A stretch of 64,000 nt of DNA from Candidatus Latescibacterota bacterium (GTDB lineage Bacteria > Latescibacterota > UBA2968 > UBA8231), in assembly GCA_965200315.1 (NCBI GenBank), contig OZ241362.1, forward strand, positions 5,088,001 to 5,152,000. The letters run 5' to 3'. Below the pieces are notes generated by a model. That model was not told the origin of the DNA, ran no database searches, and saw nothing but the letters and a program-made list of their open reading frames with translations. Shown here piece after piece: positions 34,919 to 44,888 of the stretch. A program made the position numbers and the translations under genes. Within the stretch, counting starts at the first letter, position 1. Each line of letters opens with the position of its first letter.

Positions 34919-35833
34919 GTGATGATTGACCCTGCCTTGCGGGATCAGCTAAAGGATGTCCACGCCTATGCGCTGACTATTTATCAGCGCGATGATCTCT
35001 ACGCACTCGATTTGGACGGGTTTGCGCGCAATATCGCGTGGGCTGCTGACCGGGGGGTGCGGGTTTTTGTGGTGGCCGGCGGGACCGGCGAAAACGACGC
35101 GTTGGCTCCGCCCGAGCGCGTGGCGCTGGCCGAGTGTGCGCTGGCGACGGTGGGTGAACAGGCGCTGGTGGTGCCGACTTTGCCCGGCAATTTGGGCGAG
35201 GCCGCGGACTTAGCTCCGCGCTACGAGGCGTTGGGATTGCGCGTGGTGCTGGCCATGGCACCCTACACGCGCCACCAAGTGCCCGAAGACCCCGCAGGCG
35301 TGTACCAGTACTACGAGGCGCTGGGTGCGCGGTCGGGGCTGGCGTTGATGCCCTACAATACGCAGGGCTGGTCGGCCGAACTTTTCGAGCGGCTGGCCGA
35401 GGTGCCGCAGATCGCTGCGATCAAGGACCCCTGCGTTGAGCCGCATCACCTCTTCCGCGCCATCAAGCGGCTCGGCGATCGCTTCGTCTGGATCGGCAAC
35501 AAGCGCCACGATCCGGGCGTGTTGCACTTTCGCTTCCAAGCCGGGATCGAGGGCTTTACCGCTGGTTTTGTCAACTTCGCTCCGCAGCTCGAACTGGCGC
35601 TTTTCTCGGCCGCGCAACAACAGGATTGGCCGCAGATGATCGAGTCGCAGGAGCAGTTGGCTCCCTTGGAGCGATTGCGCTCGCGCTTTGACGACGCCGG
35701 TATGCTCAAGACGACGATGGAGCTGATGGGGCTGGCTGGGGGTGCGGTGCGCCCGCCCCGCATCAACGTGCCGCCAGCCGGGCGCGAGGCGATCAAACAG
35801 GAGCTGCAACGCCTAGGGGTCTTAAGCGCGTAG
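34919..35833 (+). CDS. Dihydrodipicolinate synthase family aldolase/dehydratase
   Basis: GGTGE, MPYN, IAAIKD (Schiff-base Lys), LKTTMELMG..GAVRPP. Confidence 0.8.
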   Translation: MMIDPALRDQLKDVHAYALTIYQRDDLYALDLDGFARNIAWAADRGVRVFVVAGGTGENDALAPPERVALAECALATVGEQALVVPTLPGNLGEAADLAPRYEALGLRVVLAMAPYTRHQVPEDPAGVYQYYEALGARSGLALMPYNTQGWSAELFERLAEVPQIAAIKDPCVEPHHLFRAIKRLGDRFVWIGNKRHDPGVLHFRFQAGIEGFTAGFVNFAPQLELALFSAAQQQDWPQMIESQEQLAPLERLRSRFDDAGMLKTTMELMGLAGGAVRPPRINVPPAGREAIKQELQRLGVLSA

Positions 35834-35867
35834 GTAATGGAGTTCAGCGGGCATTCGCTAGGTTCTG

Positions 35868-37745
35868 ATGGACGATTCCGCCGTGCGAAAGCAAATGTTG
35901 CCCTTATTCCCCATCACCTTGCTCGGAGTGGCCGTTGATCTGTGGCTGCGGCCAGCGCTCGACTTGCGCCCGACGCAGTGGGCGTGGTGGTGGCTGTCGG
36001 TGGCGTTTTCGTTGGTGATGTGGCAGGGCCTTTTTGCGCTCAGCAGCCGGTTGCGCCCGCGCGGGCAAGCCGCGTTTGTCCTCGTCGTCGGCGCGGTGAC
36101 GGCTGGGCTGGCGATGGTGTGGCTTGACTTCCACGCGATATTTTACTGCTGGCCGACGGCCTACGCGCTCGTGCATTCGGCGGGTCATCCGCGCGAGGCT
36201 TGGGAGTATATCCGCAATGAAGCCGATTGGGGGGACGCGGTCGTCTTTGTGGCGGTGGTCGTCTTTGTGGTGGGCTGGTGGCGGTACAAGCTGCGTCCGG
36301 GCCGCCAGTTAGCGCACGGCAGAGTTTTACGACCTCAGTATTGGGGCCGCATTTTGGCCGCGCTGTGCTTGGCCGGAGCGGTGGCTTTTGGCGCAGTGCA
36401 TCGCCACGCGAGCATCATGGTGCCGGATGCCGCGGCTGCGAAGCTGGCCATTGACTTTGCCATCCACTCGCTCGTCGGCGGAGTACACGGGCGCTTGTTG
36501 CAAGCGAGCCGTCCGGCGGCGGCGGCCATGTACAGCGGCCCGCTCGTGGATGCCAGTGCTCCCAACCTCATCGTGGTGATCGGGGAAAGCGTCGCGCTCA
36601 GCCGCATGGATATCTACGGGTACAAGCGACAAACCACGCCTCGGCTGGCGGCGTTGCGCAAGGTGCGGCCAGCCGATTGGGTGCAGATGGAAAAGGCCGT
36701 GTCCAATGCCACGGCGACCAAGGTGGCGCTGCCGGCCATGCTGACCGGATTGTTCCCATCGCGGACGCCTGTGGAGCAGCATACCTTCCCGTTGCTGTGG
36801 CACTACGCCCACGCTGCTGGCTACCAGACCGCGCTGATCTCGGCGCAGAGCTACGCATGGAACAATCTCGAAGGTTTTTTCGTCGATGATGCGCTGGATT
36901 ATGTGTTTACGCTCGAGCGCTCGGACGCTGAGATCGTCAATTCCGAAGGCATGGACGACCGCCGGATGATGGCGGAGGCCCTTGCAACTATCGACCGCTT
37001 TGCCGCACGCGGCCCGTTTTTGGTGGCCCTGCAATTCAATTGCACACATTATCCGGGGTACTCACCGCCGGATTGGCAGCCGTGGCCGGACGCGAGCTAC
37101 GATAATGCGGTGGCCTATATGGACCACTTGCTCGGACGGCTGTTCGACCACCTCGCCGCACAGGGGCTAGCGGAGAATACAATTGTGCTATTTGTGGCCG
37201 ACCACGGCGAAGACCTCGACAGCGTCCACAAACTCCATCGCACGGATTCTTATTACCAGACTGCGATTGCCGTCCCGTTTTTTGCCGTCGTGCCCGAGCG
37301 GCAGCGGCAGCGGTTGGGAACGGGTTGGGGGCAATGGCACCAGAATGCGCAGATGCGCGTCGCGCTGACGGACTTGGTGCCGACCGCGTTGGACCTCCTC
37401 GGGTTGTCCGCCGATTCCACGGTCGCGGCGTGGCAGGAGCAGCTAGACGGCCGCTCGCTCCTGAGTCCGCTTTCTCCCGAGCGCCTGCTCGTGGTGGTCA
37501 ACACGGACGAACACGTACAGTGGTCGCGCAAAGGCTATGCGGTCGTGGCCGACGATTGGAAGTACATCAATTATAGTTGGCGCGGCTCCATGTTGTTCGA
37601 CTTGGCGGCCGACGCGCTGGAGCAGCGCGATTTGCTGGCGGGGGGCGAGTCTGCGCTGGGCCGGGCTGCAAAGCGGCATCTGCGCCGCGTGCGTGCTTTG
37701 GTCGCCAAAACGCCCGTGCTGGCCGACATCCACGTGGAGTATTGA
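35868..37745 (+). CDS. Membrane-bound phosphoethanolamine transferase-like / sulfatase-fold transferase
   Basis: N-terminal TM helices; PNLIVVIGES..YGYKRQTTP, ATATKVALP (catalytic Thr), YDNAV, ADHGE. Confidence 0.75.
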   Translation: MDDSAVRKQMLPLFPITLLGVAVDLWLRPALDLRPTQWAWWWLSVAFSLVMWQGLFALSSRLRPRGQAAFVLVVGAVTAGLAMVWLDFHAIFYCWPTAYALVHSAGHPREAWEYIRNEADWGDAVVFVAVVVFVVGWWRYKLRPGRQLAHGRVLRPQYWGRILAALCLAGAVAFGAVHRHASIMVPDAAAAKLAIDFAIHSLVGGVHGRLLQASRPAAAAMYSGPLVDASAPNLIVVIGESVALSRMDIYGYKRQTTPRLAALRKVRPADWVQMEKAVSNATATKVALPAMLTGLFPSRTPVEQHTFPLLWHYAHAAGYQTALISAQSYAWNNLEGFFVDDALDYVFTLERSDAEIVNSEGMDDRRMMAEALATIDRFAARGPFLVALQFNCTHYPGYSPPDWQPWPDASYDNAVAYMDHLLGRLFDHLAAQGLAENTIVLFVADHGEDLDSVHKLHRTDSYYQTAIAVPFFAVVPERQRQRLGTGWGQWHQNAQMRVALTDLVPTALDLLGLSADSTVAAWQEQLDGRSLLSPLSPERLLVVVNTDEHVQWSRKGYAVVADDWKYINYSWRGSMLFDLAADALEQRDLLAGGESALGRAAKRHLRRVRALVAKTPVLADIHVEY

Positions 37746-37748
37746 AGT

Positions 37749-39875
37749 TTGCAGCGGTCCATTCCCTCCACTTTTGCCGCTTCCCCTGAGCTCCGCCCGG
37801 CGGCCGCAGTCGGCATAACTTGGCGCGGCTTTTGGACGGGAACCTTCCTCAGCTTCTTCCTCGCCATTGGCGCACCATACGCCAACATGGCCATGCACGC
37901 GACCTTTATGGCGTGGGATTTCAATACTCCAGGCGCGATTTTCCTGTTCCTCGTACTCATTGGCTTGCTCAACGTTCTGTTCAAGGTGGTGGCACGGAAC
38001 GGGCTCTGGGCGCTAGGAGCGGCTGTGATAGTGCTGGGCCTCTATCTGGCGTATTACCTACCCCAGCCGCAGATCGACCTGTTCAAGCCGGGCCTGTGGT
38101 TGGCCTCCTTTTTGGTGGCCTCGGCCCTGCTCAACGCGGCCTTGGTCTGGCGCGGCCGATCGTTGGCTCTTGCCAGTGCCGACTTGGTCTTGGTGTACAT
38201 CATGCTCTTGATGGTCTCGGCCCTGTGTACTATGGGCATGAGCCAGCAGTTGCTGCCCATTCTCGCGGCCTTTGCGTACTACGGTACGCCGCAAAACGAG
38301 TGGCAGGAAAAGCTCGGCCCGCTGTTGCCTGAACGCGCGATTTTGGTTGACGACGGCGAGGACAACCGCGCCTTCTTCGAGGGCGGAGAAATCCCTTATG
38401 GGGCTTGGGCCGAGCCGCTGTTGTGGTGGGCGGTGTTTCTCATTGCACTCTACGCGACGATGGTGGCCGCGGCCGTGATCTTGCGGCGGCAGTGGATGGA
38501 CCGCGAGCGGCTGGCGTACCCGGTGGCGCAGGTGGGGGCGGCCATGGTGCAGGGCGAGGGCCGGGGTTTGGTCAACCGCTTTTTTAAGAGCCGGGCCATG
38601 TGGTATGGCTGTGCCATTCCAGTGCTGTGGGGGTCGCTTGAGGCCCTGCACCAGTACGAGCCGTCTATGCCCAACGTAAACTTGCAGTGGAGCATGCCCT
38701 ATTTCGGCCAGCGCCTGCAACTGCGAGTTATCTTCGCGATGGTGGGCTTTTCTTATTTGATCAACACGAGCATCTCGGCTGGCCTGTGGATTTTCCAGCT
38801 CTTGGTGCGGGCTGAGTCCGAGGTCCTGCTGCTGCTGGGCCTGACGTCCAAGCAGAAGTTCGTCTATGGCATTGCCTCCCAACCCTATCTGGCCTATCAG
38901 GGCGGTGGCGCGTTACTGGTGCTGGTGCTGGCTGGTCTATGGGTGGGCCGCGAACACCTGAAGCGGGTGTTCCGCAAGGCGTTGTGGGGCGCGCGCGACA
39001 TCGACGATGGCGCTGAGATCGTCCCGTATCGCGGCGCGGTTTGCGCTTTGATAGCTGGCGTGGCGACGATGGTGGGGTGGTTGTGGCTGATGGGGGTACA
39101 GTTGTGGGTGGCGGCGATGTTTATTGGATTGGCGCTGTTGATTTTTATTGGGATTAGCCGGATCGTGGCCGAGGCTGGGTTGGCGGCTGTGCGCTCGCCG
39201 ATGATCGCGCCAGACCTGATGATACACGGCTTGGGCGTCAACGCGATTGGCACCAGCGGGGTGTTCAATTTGTCGCTGGCCTATATCTGGTGTGCCGACA
39301 TCCGCATCTTTATAATGGCGCTCTTGGCCAACGGGCTGAAGCTGGTCGAGGACATGACGCGGCCGAGTCGGCGGGTGGTGATGTGGGGGGTGTGCTTGGC
39401 GATATTGATTGGCGCGGTTGGCTCGTGCTGGATGGTGCTGCACATGGCGTACCGGCACGGGGGGATCAATTTGGTGGAGTGGTTTTTTAAGGGTGGGCCA
39501 TCCACCGTGTACAACTATGCAGTGCGCGGGCTGGAGCCAGCGGGTGTGGCGTGGGATGGACTTGCTTTTTGCGCTGGTGGCGGCGCAGTCATGCTCTTGT
39601 TGATGTGGGCGCGCCATCACGTGCTTTGGTGGCCGTTGCATCCGCTGGGCTTTGCGGTGGCGGCCAATCACCTGATGGACAAGATATGGTTCAGCATCTT
39701 CATTGCTTGGGCGGTAAAGCGGCTCGTGCTGCGCTTTGGCGGGCCGGCGATTTACGCGGCGAGTGTGCGCTTCTTCTTGGGGCTGATTATGGGCGAGAGC
39801 CTGTGCAACGGCCTGTGGATCGTTATCGACTACTTTACAGGCAAGACTGGCAACAAGGTCTTTATCATCGGTTAA
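37749..39875 (+). CDS. DUF6785/DUF6784-like polytopic membrane protein
   Basis: Many TM segments; W..PLLWW, RRQWMDRERLAYP, RIVAEAG, WWPLHPLGF, FFLGLIMGE. Confidence 0.7.
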   Translation: MQRSIPSTFAASPELRPAAAVGITWRGFWTGTFLSFFLAIGAPYANMAMHATFMAWDFNTPGAIFLFLVLIGLLNVLFKVVARNGLWALGAAVIVLGLYLAYYLPQPQIDLFKPGLWLASFLVASALLNAALVWRGRSLALASADLVLVYIMLLMVSALCTMGMSQQLLPILAAFAYYGTPQNEWQEKLGPLLPERAILVDDGEDNRAFFEGGEIPYGAWAEPLLWWAVFLIALYATMVAAAVILRRQWMDRERLAYPVAQVGAAMVQGEGRGLVNRFFKSRAMWYGCAIPVLWGSLEALHQYEPSMPNVNLQWSMPYFGQRLQLRVIFAMVGFSYLINTSISAGLWIFQLLVRAESEVLLLLGLTSKQKFVYGIASQPYLAYQGGGALLVLVLAGLWVGREHLKRVFRKALWGARDIDDGAEIVPYRGAVCALIAGVATMVGWLWLMGVQLWVAAMFIGLALLIFIGISRIVAEAGLAAVRSPMIAPDLMIHGLGVNAIGTSGVFNLSLAYIWCADIRIFIMALLANGLKLVEDMTRPSRRVVMWGVCLAILIGAVGSCWMVLHMAYRHGGINLVEWFFKGGPSTVYNYAVRGLEPAGVAWDGLAFCAGGGAVMLLLMWARHHVLWWPLHPLGFAVAANHLMDKIWFSIFIAWAVKRLVLRFGGPAIYAASVRFFLGLIMGESLCNGLWIVIDYFTGKTGNKVFIIG

Positions 39876-39908
39876 TAGCAACGTATGTACATGTGCATAT
39901 ATTCAATC

Positions 39909-40168
39909 GTGGACATCAGATGGGAGCCGCCTAAAGCAAGCGCAAATTTTGCCAAGCATGGCGTTGCTTTTCGGATGCAGAACCTGTGTTATTCGATCCT
40001 ATGGCGTGACGATTGAAGATGATCGGATCGATGAAGAGCAGAGGTTCGCAACGATAAGCTTAGATGCTTTAGGGCGTATCCTCGCCGTAGTGTATGCAAA
40101 CTATTAGGCTTATATCAGCTCGGAGAGCCACTCAAGCGGAGCAGCGAAATTATGGAGAAGGAATATGA
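39909..40168 (+). pseudogene. brnT: Degraded BrnT toxin
   Basis: IRWEPPKASANFAKHGVAF, then frameshifted DAEPVLFDP..EDDRIDEEQRF..LGRILAVVY..ISARRATQAEQ. Confidence 0.65.
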
Positions 40169-40391
40169 TTTCAGTCAGGGGAAGCGGGGGCCGGTCGCAG
40201 CCGAGAGCGGCAAAACCCGCGTTACCATTTATCTCGATAACGAGGTGCTGAATAGCTTTAGCACTCGGTCGGGAAGCGAAGGCATGGGCTGCCAAACCAT
40301 GGTTAAAGTACCTCAAGCGCAGAGTGACGCCCTTGACGAAACCACGCTGCGCCGGGTCAGACGCGAAGAATTGCAAAGCGTTGGTCGGTAG
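40152..40391 (+). CDS. brnA: BrnA-like antitoxin (probably degenerate)
   Basis: MEKEYDFSQGKRG..KTRVTIYLDNEVL..GCQTM..LDETTLRRV.REEL. Confidence 0.65.
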   Translation: MEKEYDFSQGKRGPVAAESGKTRVTIYLDNEVLNSFSTRSGSEGMGCQTMVKVPQAQSDALDETTLRRVRREELQSVGR

Positions 40392-40405
40392 TCAGGAGAG
40401 ATACT

Positions 40406-41131
40406 GTGATTGACCAAGCGCTTATTTTGGCCGCTGGGCACGGCTCTCGCTTGCGAGGCCACGTTCCGGTAGCGCACAAATCTCTAGTGGAAATAGAAGG
40501 CGAGCCGCTGTTGGTGCGCACCTGCCGGATGCTAGAGAGAAGCGGCTTGCAGGAGATCGTCGTGGTCACGGGCCATTGCGGCGCCGATGTGTGTGCGGCC
40601 TTGAACGCGGCGAGCGGTCTGGGGATCGGGCTACGGTTTGTCGAGAATGTGCAATGGAAGCTAGCCAATGGGATTTCGGTGTTGGCGGCCACCGAGATGC
40701 TCGCGGAGAGATTCCTCCTCCTGATGGCCGATCATCTCTTCGACCCGGCGATTATTGCCGCGATGCGCGGCGTCAGCCTGAGCCCCGGTGAGGTGGTGCT
40801 GGCGGTGGATCGCAAACTGGACGCGATTTACGACATGGACGACGCGACAAAGGTGCGGCTAGAAGGCGAGCGCATTGCGGCGATTGGCAAGGAACTGATG
40901 GGTTTCAACGCCGTTGATACTGGCCTGTTTGCTTGTAGCGACACATTGGTGGCGCACCTCAGCGAGTTGGTCGCGCGCCGGGGCGATTGCAGTTTGACCG
41001 ATGGGATGAGGGCCCTGATAGAGCAGGGTCGGTTGCGCGCTTGGGATATTGGCGCGGCTTGGTGGCAGGATGTGGATACGCCGGGGGCGTTGGCGCACGG
41101 GATGCAGCTATTGAGAGAGCACGGGCGCTAG
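40406..41131 (+). CDS. Nucleotidyltransferase (inositol-1-phosphate/phosphocholine cytidylyltransferase-like)
   Basis: ALILAAGHGSRL, LLMADH, DDATKV, AVDTGLF, WQDVDTP. Confidence 0.8.
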   Translation: MIDQALILAAGHGSRLRGHVPVAHKSLVEIEGEPLLVRTCRMLERSGLQEIVVVTGHCGADVCAALNAASGLGIGLRFVENVQWKLANGISVLAATEMLAERFLLLMADHLFDPAIIAAMRGVSLSPGEVVLAVDRKLDAIYDMDDATKVRLEGERIAAIGKELMGFNAVDTGLFACSDTLVAHLSELVARRGDCSLTDGMRALIEQGRLRAWDIGAAWWQDVDTPGALAHGMQLLREHGR

Positions 41132-41355
41132 GGTAACTCTTCCTTGCTTTGTTTGCGTTTGTTTTTGCGGCGGTACAGCACGTAAAAGGGATACGAGGCC
41201 ACGAGCGCGGCGGCCAGGACCACGGCGGCGACCCAACCGAACATGCTGCCGATGGCGCCGATGATGATGATGGGGCCGATGTAGGCGTGCGCAGTGCTGC
41301 TACACAGGAGCAGAAGGGCGCAAACGAGGCTAATTTTCGAGAAATGACAGGGCAT
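41128..41355 (-). CDS. Small signal-peptide/membrane protein with AHAYIGP motif
   Basis: Signal peptide ending AHA, YIGP, one TM helix, basic tail RRKNKRK; overlaps the arylsulfotransferase 3' end. Confidence 0.6.
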   Translation of the reverse strand: MPCHFSKISLVCALLLLCSSTAHAYIGPIIIIGAIGSMFGWVAAVVLAAALVASYPFYVLYRRKNKRKQSKEELP

Positions 41356-42655
41356 CTTGGGGTATCCTTTGGGCTTGGGTCATCATGCCGCGCAGGGGTT
41401 TGCCTTGGTATTCGGCGCGGTCTGGGTTGTAGTATTCCCACGCGATTTCGCCGGCGGGCGAGACTTCGAGCAGGCGGCCGCGTTGCGATTCTGTGATGAG
41501 GGTGTTGCCGTTGGGCAGCCGCTGTTGGGCGCCGCGAATCCAACTGTCGAAAATCTGCTCGGCGCTGGTGCCTTTGTATTCCCAGTAAATTTCGTGCGTA
41601 AATAGATCGATTTCCAGTATGCGGCTTGGGCCGAAGGGGCTACCGCGCAGACCCTGATTGTCGAAGAGTAGCACGCGGCCGTTGGGCAAGAGGTCGGGGT
41701 CGTGCTGCTGTTTCCAGATTCCTTCTCCATACCAGATCACTTGTTGCTCGGTGGGATTGACGATGATGAGGGCGTTGGGATTGCGCAGGGAGATGAGCAG
41801 ATCGCCGGCTTTGGCGCGTGGGATGTGAGCGGCCGCGGCCCAATTCGGCGGGATGAGGCGAATGGCGTTGGTGTGGGTGATTTCGCTGTGGCGGGTGGTT
41901 TGCCAGCGGTCGAATACGCTGCGATACGGCGAGTTTTGCAGGGCGCGGAAGATGGAAAAGCGCCGCTTCTCTTGGCCGGTTACTCCGTCGATGACCACGG
42001 CAAAATCTTCAATGTACGGGGGCTGGATGTTGCCGATGGGTGTGGTGCCGATTTCTTGGACGAGGGTGTAGATGTTGCCTTGGTCGTCCAAGTCGAAGTC
42101 GTGGTGGGCGGTGCCGGTGTATTTCCAGATGACCTGTGAGTTTTTGTCGAGTTTGACGAGGCCGTATCCATAGGGGTAGTGGTTGACGTAGTCGTGGTTG
42201 GCGAGCAGGTCGCCGTTGGGGTAGAGGTGGGTGCGATGCCAGTGCAACATGTCGGGCTGCTGCGGGAAGGCGGCGAAGTCGTCTTCGTCAAAGGCGGCCG
42301 CAAAGTCGCATTGCCACTGGTGGACGATGTTGCCGAGCGAGTCCATGAGCACGGCGGCGGTGGCGTTTTTGGACACGAGCGTTAGGCCGGGCTGCATGGC
42401 GGCGGCGTTGTGGATGATCGCCCCGGACGGTGTGCTGGCGTCTTCAAACCACATGGTGCTGGTGAATTGGTTTTTGCTGTCGGTGAGGCTTTCGTAGAAA
42501 TAGGCGAGGTGGCCGTAGGCGTTGATGGCGTGGATGCGGATGTCGGGCGCGGGGGCGAGGTGGAAGATCGCCGATACTACGCCGTAGATGAAGGCGAGGA
42601 ATAGGAGGCAACAGATAAGGGTGGCGATGTAGGCTTTGTGGAGGAAGGACGCCAT
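41330..42655 (-). CDS. Arylsulfotransferase (ASST) family protein
   Basis: N-terminal TM; HLYPNGDLL, AHHDFD, HTNAI, LISLRN, QQHDPD, LLFDN, QRLPNGNTLITES. Confidence 0.8.
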   Translation of the reverse strand: MASFLHKAYIATLICCLLFLAFIYGVVSAIFHLAPAPDIRIHAINAYGHLAYFYESLTDSKNQFTSTMWFEDASTPSGAIIHNAAAMQPGLTLVSKNATAAVLMDSLGNIVHQWQCDFAAAFDEDDFAAFPQQPDMLHWHRTHLYPNGDLLANHDYVNHYPYGYGLVKLDKNSQVIWKYTGTAHHDFDLDDQGNIYTLVQEIGTTPIGNIQPPYIEDFAVVIDGVTGQEKRRFSIFRALQNSPYRSVFDRWQTTRHSEITHTNAIRLIPPNWAAAAHIPRAKAGDLLISLRNPNALIIVNPTEQQVIWYGEGIWKQQHDPDLLPNGRVLLFDNQGLRGSPFGPSRILEIDLFTHEIYWEYKGTSAEQIFDSWIRGAQQRLPNGNTLITESQRGRLLEVSPAGEIAWEYYNPDRAEYQGKPLRGMMTQAQRIPQDALSFLEN

Positions 42656-42658
42656 GGG

Positions 42659-43720
42659 CTAGCTCTGGTTGGTGCTGACGAGGACGGTGGAGGGGTCTAT
42701 GCCGAACTCATTGAGGAGCCAGCAGGCGTGGTTGTGGGTGTTCATTGAGTTGAAATTGGTGGTCAACCATAGCTTCCCGATTGGCCGCTTGCCCACAAAC
42801 TCCTTGCCGTTCGAGTGAGTCGGTTCAGTGTGTACAAGGTATAGTTTTGACTTCTCCTTACGTACTGGACAATCCCGCGCTGACAGTTTACCTGTTTCAA
42901 CCAAGTGCTTGGCAACATTTTCCAACAGATTGGCCCAATACTTGAGCTGTTTTTCATTTGCATTCGGAAATTTGATGTATGCCGGAGGTTTCTGACCTCT
43001 TTCTATCTTCAATGACGTAAGCGGCACCCAATCGCCGTTATTGGACAGTTCAACGGTCTCCTGTTCGCTGCTTGGTACTGTTGACGATGGCAGAGGCGTC
43101 GCAGGCTCTGATTGATTCGTCAATGATCCGGCGCGTGTGGCTTTTTCTGTCAGTACGGGCGTCGCCGCTTCCTGTGGTTTGCCACTCGCCAAATTTGGCC
43201 GCCATAGCCTCAAAGCCTGTAACGCGCAAGCGTAAGGCTCGTGTTGCGTCAATTGGAAACTCATCAGGATTCGATCGTCGAGTCGCCCTCTCTCAAACAC
43301 GTCGAACATCTCCCAATGGTCTCCGTTCGTGACGGCCATGTAGTCAATGCCAGCCGTGTTGGCGTAGTTGAGGACCTGCATTTTCTCGTCGTCTTTCAGT
43401 GCTTTCCCTAGGGTCTTGGCTTCGATCACGGCTATCGGTCGTCCACTTTCCATCAGCGCGTAGTCAGCCCACTTTCGCTCGATCTCGTATTCGAGTCCGA
43501 CGGAATTGGGGTCTTCAACCTCCCAGCCTAGGGCGCGAAGCATGGGATCGATGAGTGCCTGCCGCGTCCGCGTCTCATTACCTTCCAAATAGGCGCGATG
43601 CGCCTGAATGCGCTCTCGTAGCCAATCAGTGCGCCAATCGTGGCATTCGTCTCGGCAATTTTCATGATCCCCTCGTCGAAAGTTACGAGCTATCTTTATA
43701 TATTGTGAATACTTTTCCAC
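42659..43720 (-). CDS. HsdR N-terminal (PD-(D/E)XK) restriction endonuclease-like protein; 5' end possibly frameshifted
   Basis: NETRTRQALIDPMLRALGW, ADYAL, IEAK, QVLNYA, TNGDHW. Confidence 0.75.
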   Translation of the reverse strand: MEKYSQYIKIARNFRRGDHENCRDECHDWRTDWLRERIQAHRAYLEGNETRTRQALIDPMLRALGWEVEDPNSVGLEYEIERKWADYALMESGRPIAVIEAKTLGKALKDDEKMQVLNYANTAGIDYMAVTNGDHWEMFDVFERGRLDDRILMSFQLTQHEPYACALQALRLWRPNLASGKPQEAATPVLTEKATRAGSLTNQSEPATPLPSSTVPSSEQETVELSNNGDWVPLTSLKIERGQKPPAYIKFPNANEKQLKYWANLLENVAKHLVETGKLSARDCPVRKEKSKLYLVHTEPTHSNGKEFVGKRPIGKLWLTTNFNSMNTHNHACWLLNEFGIDPSTVLVSTNQS

Positions 43721-43737
43721 CGACTTTTCAATAAGCT

Positions 43738-44823
43738 ATGGAAACGGATTTTAATCAAACGCGGCTGATGCGCTTTTGCGGCTGGCTGATACATGCGCAT
43801 CCGAACTTTTGGATTGACGTGGGCAAGCTGGAGACGCGGTTGTTGCAGAGCCGATTCAAGGCAGTCGAAGCGCCCATTTACATCACGGGACTGGCGCGCG
43901 CCGGCACGACTCTGCTGCTGAACATACTGGCGTCTCACCCGCGCCTCACCTCGTTCAAATACTGCGATTACTACGGAGCGTTTACGCCCTTTTGGGCCGA
44001 CCACATCTTCCGCGCCGCTGGATTGGGCGCGGTGCGCAAACAAGAGCGGGCACATGCCGACGGCGTGATGGTCAACGCATACAGTCCAGAGGCCATGGAA
44101 GAAATCCTGTGGATGCAGTTTTTCGCGTACCTACACAATCCCGCCGAGAACAATGTGGTCGAACGGCAGACCAACCACCCGGAATTTGAGGCGGTTTACG
44201 CGGCGACCTTGGCGAAGCTGTTGCTGTGCCGCGACGCGGAGCGCATTGTCTCCAAAAACAACTACAATATCACGCGGATCGCGTATCTGGCCAAGCTGTA
44301 CGAGGACGCGCGTTTTGTCATTGCCGTGCGCCATCCAATCGCGCACATCGCGTCCATGGCGCGTCAGCACCAGCGCAACTTGGCCCATTTCTCATCCCCG
44401 ATTCACCGCCAGTACCTGCGCAACGCCGGCCACTTCGAGTTCGGCCACGAGCGCATTCCCATTACCATCGACGCGGAGAAAACGCGGCACATCCAAACGC
44501 TGTGGGGCGCAGGGCGCGATGCCGAAGGGTGGGCTGAATACTGGAATGCGATATACGCTTGGACCTACGAGGAGGTGCTGCAGCACGAGGCGCTCAAGAC
44601 GCGCTGTTTGGTGGTGCCGTTTGAGCAGTTGTGCGCGGCAGCCGAGCAAAAAATTGCGGACATTCTGGCATTTTGCAACTTGGATGCCGACGAAGCGTGG
44701 GTGAAGGGCTGGGGCGAACAGGTCGCGTATCAGCCCCAATACGAAGCGGCGTTTAGTACCGCCGAGCGCGACGCCATCATGCAGATATGCGGCGCGACCG
44801 CGAAGAATTATGGGCTGTACTAG
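43738..44823 (+). CDS. PAPS-dependent sulfotransferase
   Basis: 5'-PSB loop IYITGLARAGTTLL, SKNN, VRHP...S 3'-PB motif, FEQL. Confidence 0.85.
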   Translation: METDFNQTRLMRFCGWLIHAHPNFWIDVGKLETRLLQSRFKAVEAPIYITGLARAGTTLLLNILASHPRLTSFKYCDYYGAFTPFWADHIFRAAGLGAVRKQERAHADGVMVNAYSPEAMEEILWMQFFAYLHNPAENNVVERQTNHPEFEAVYAATLAKLLLCRDAERIVSKNNYNITRIAYLAKLYEDARFVIAVRHPIAHIASMARQHQRNLAHFSSPIHRQYLRNAGHFEFGHERIPITIDAEKTRHIQTLWGAGRDAEGWAEYWNAIYAWTYEEVLQHEALKTRCLVVPFEQLCAAAEQKIADILAFCNLDADEAWVKGWGEQVAYQPQYEAAFSTAERDAIMQICGATAKNYGLY

Positions 44824-44888
44824 CGAGAATTTAGCTGCGGGTTTATAACAAAGACGATGTTGTGAGATTCTTCTTGAGAAGTGTTCTT

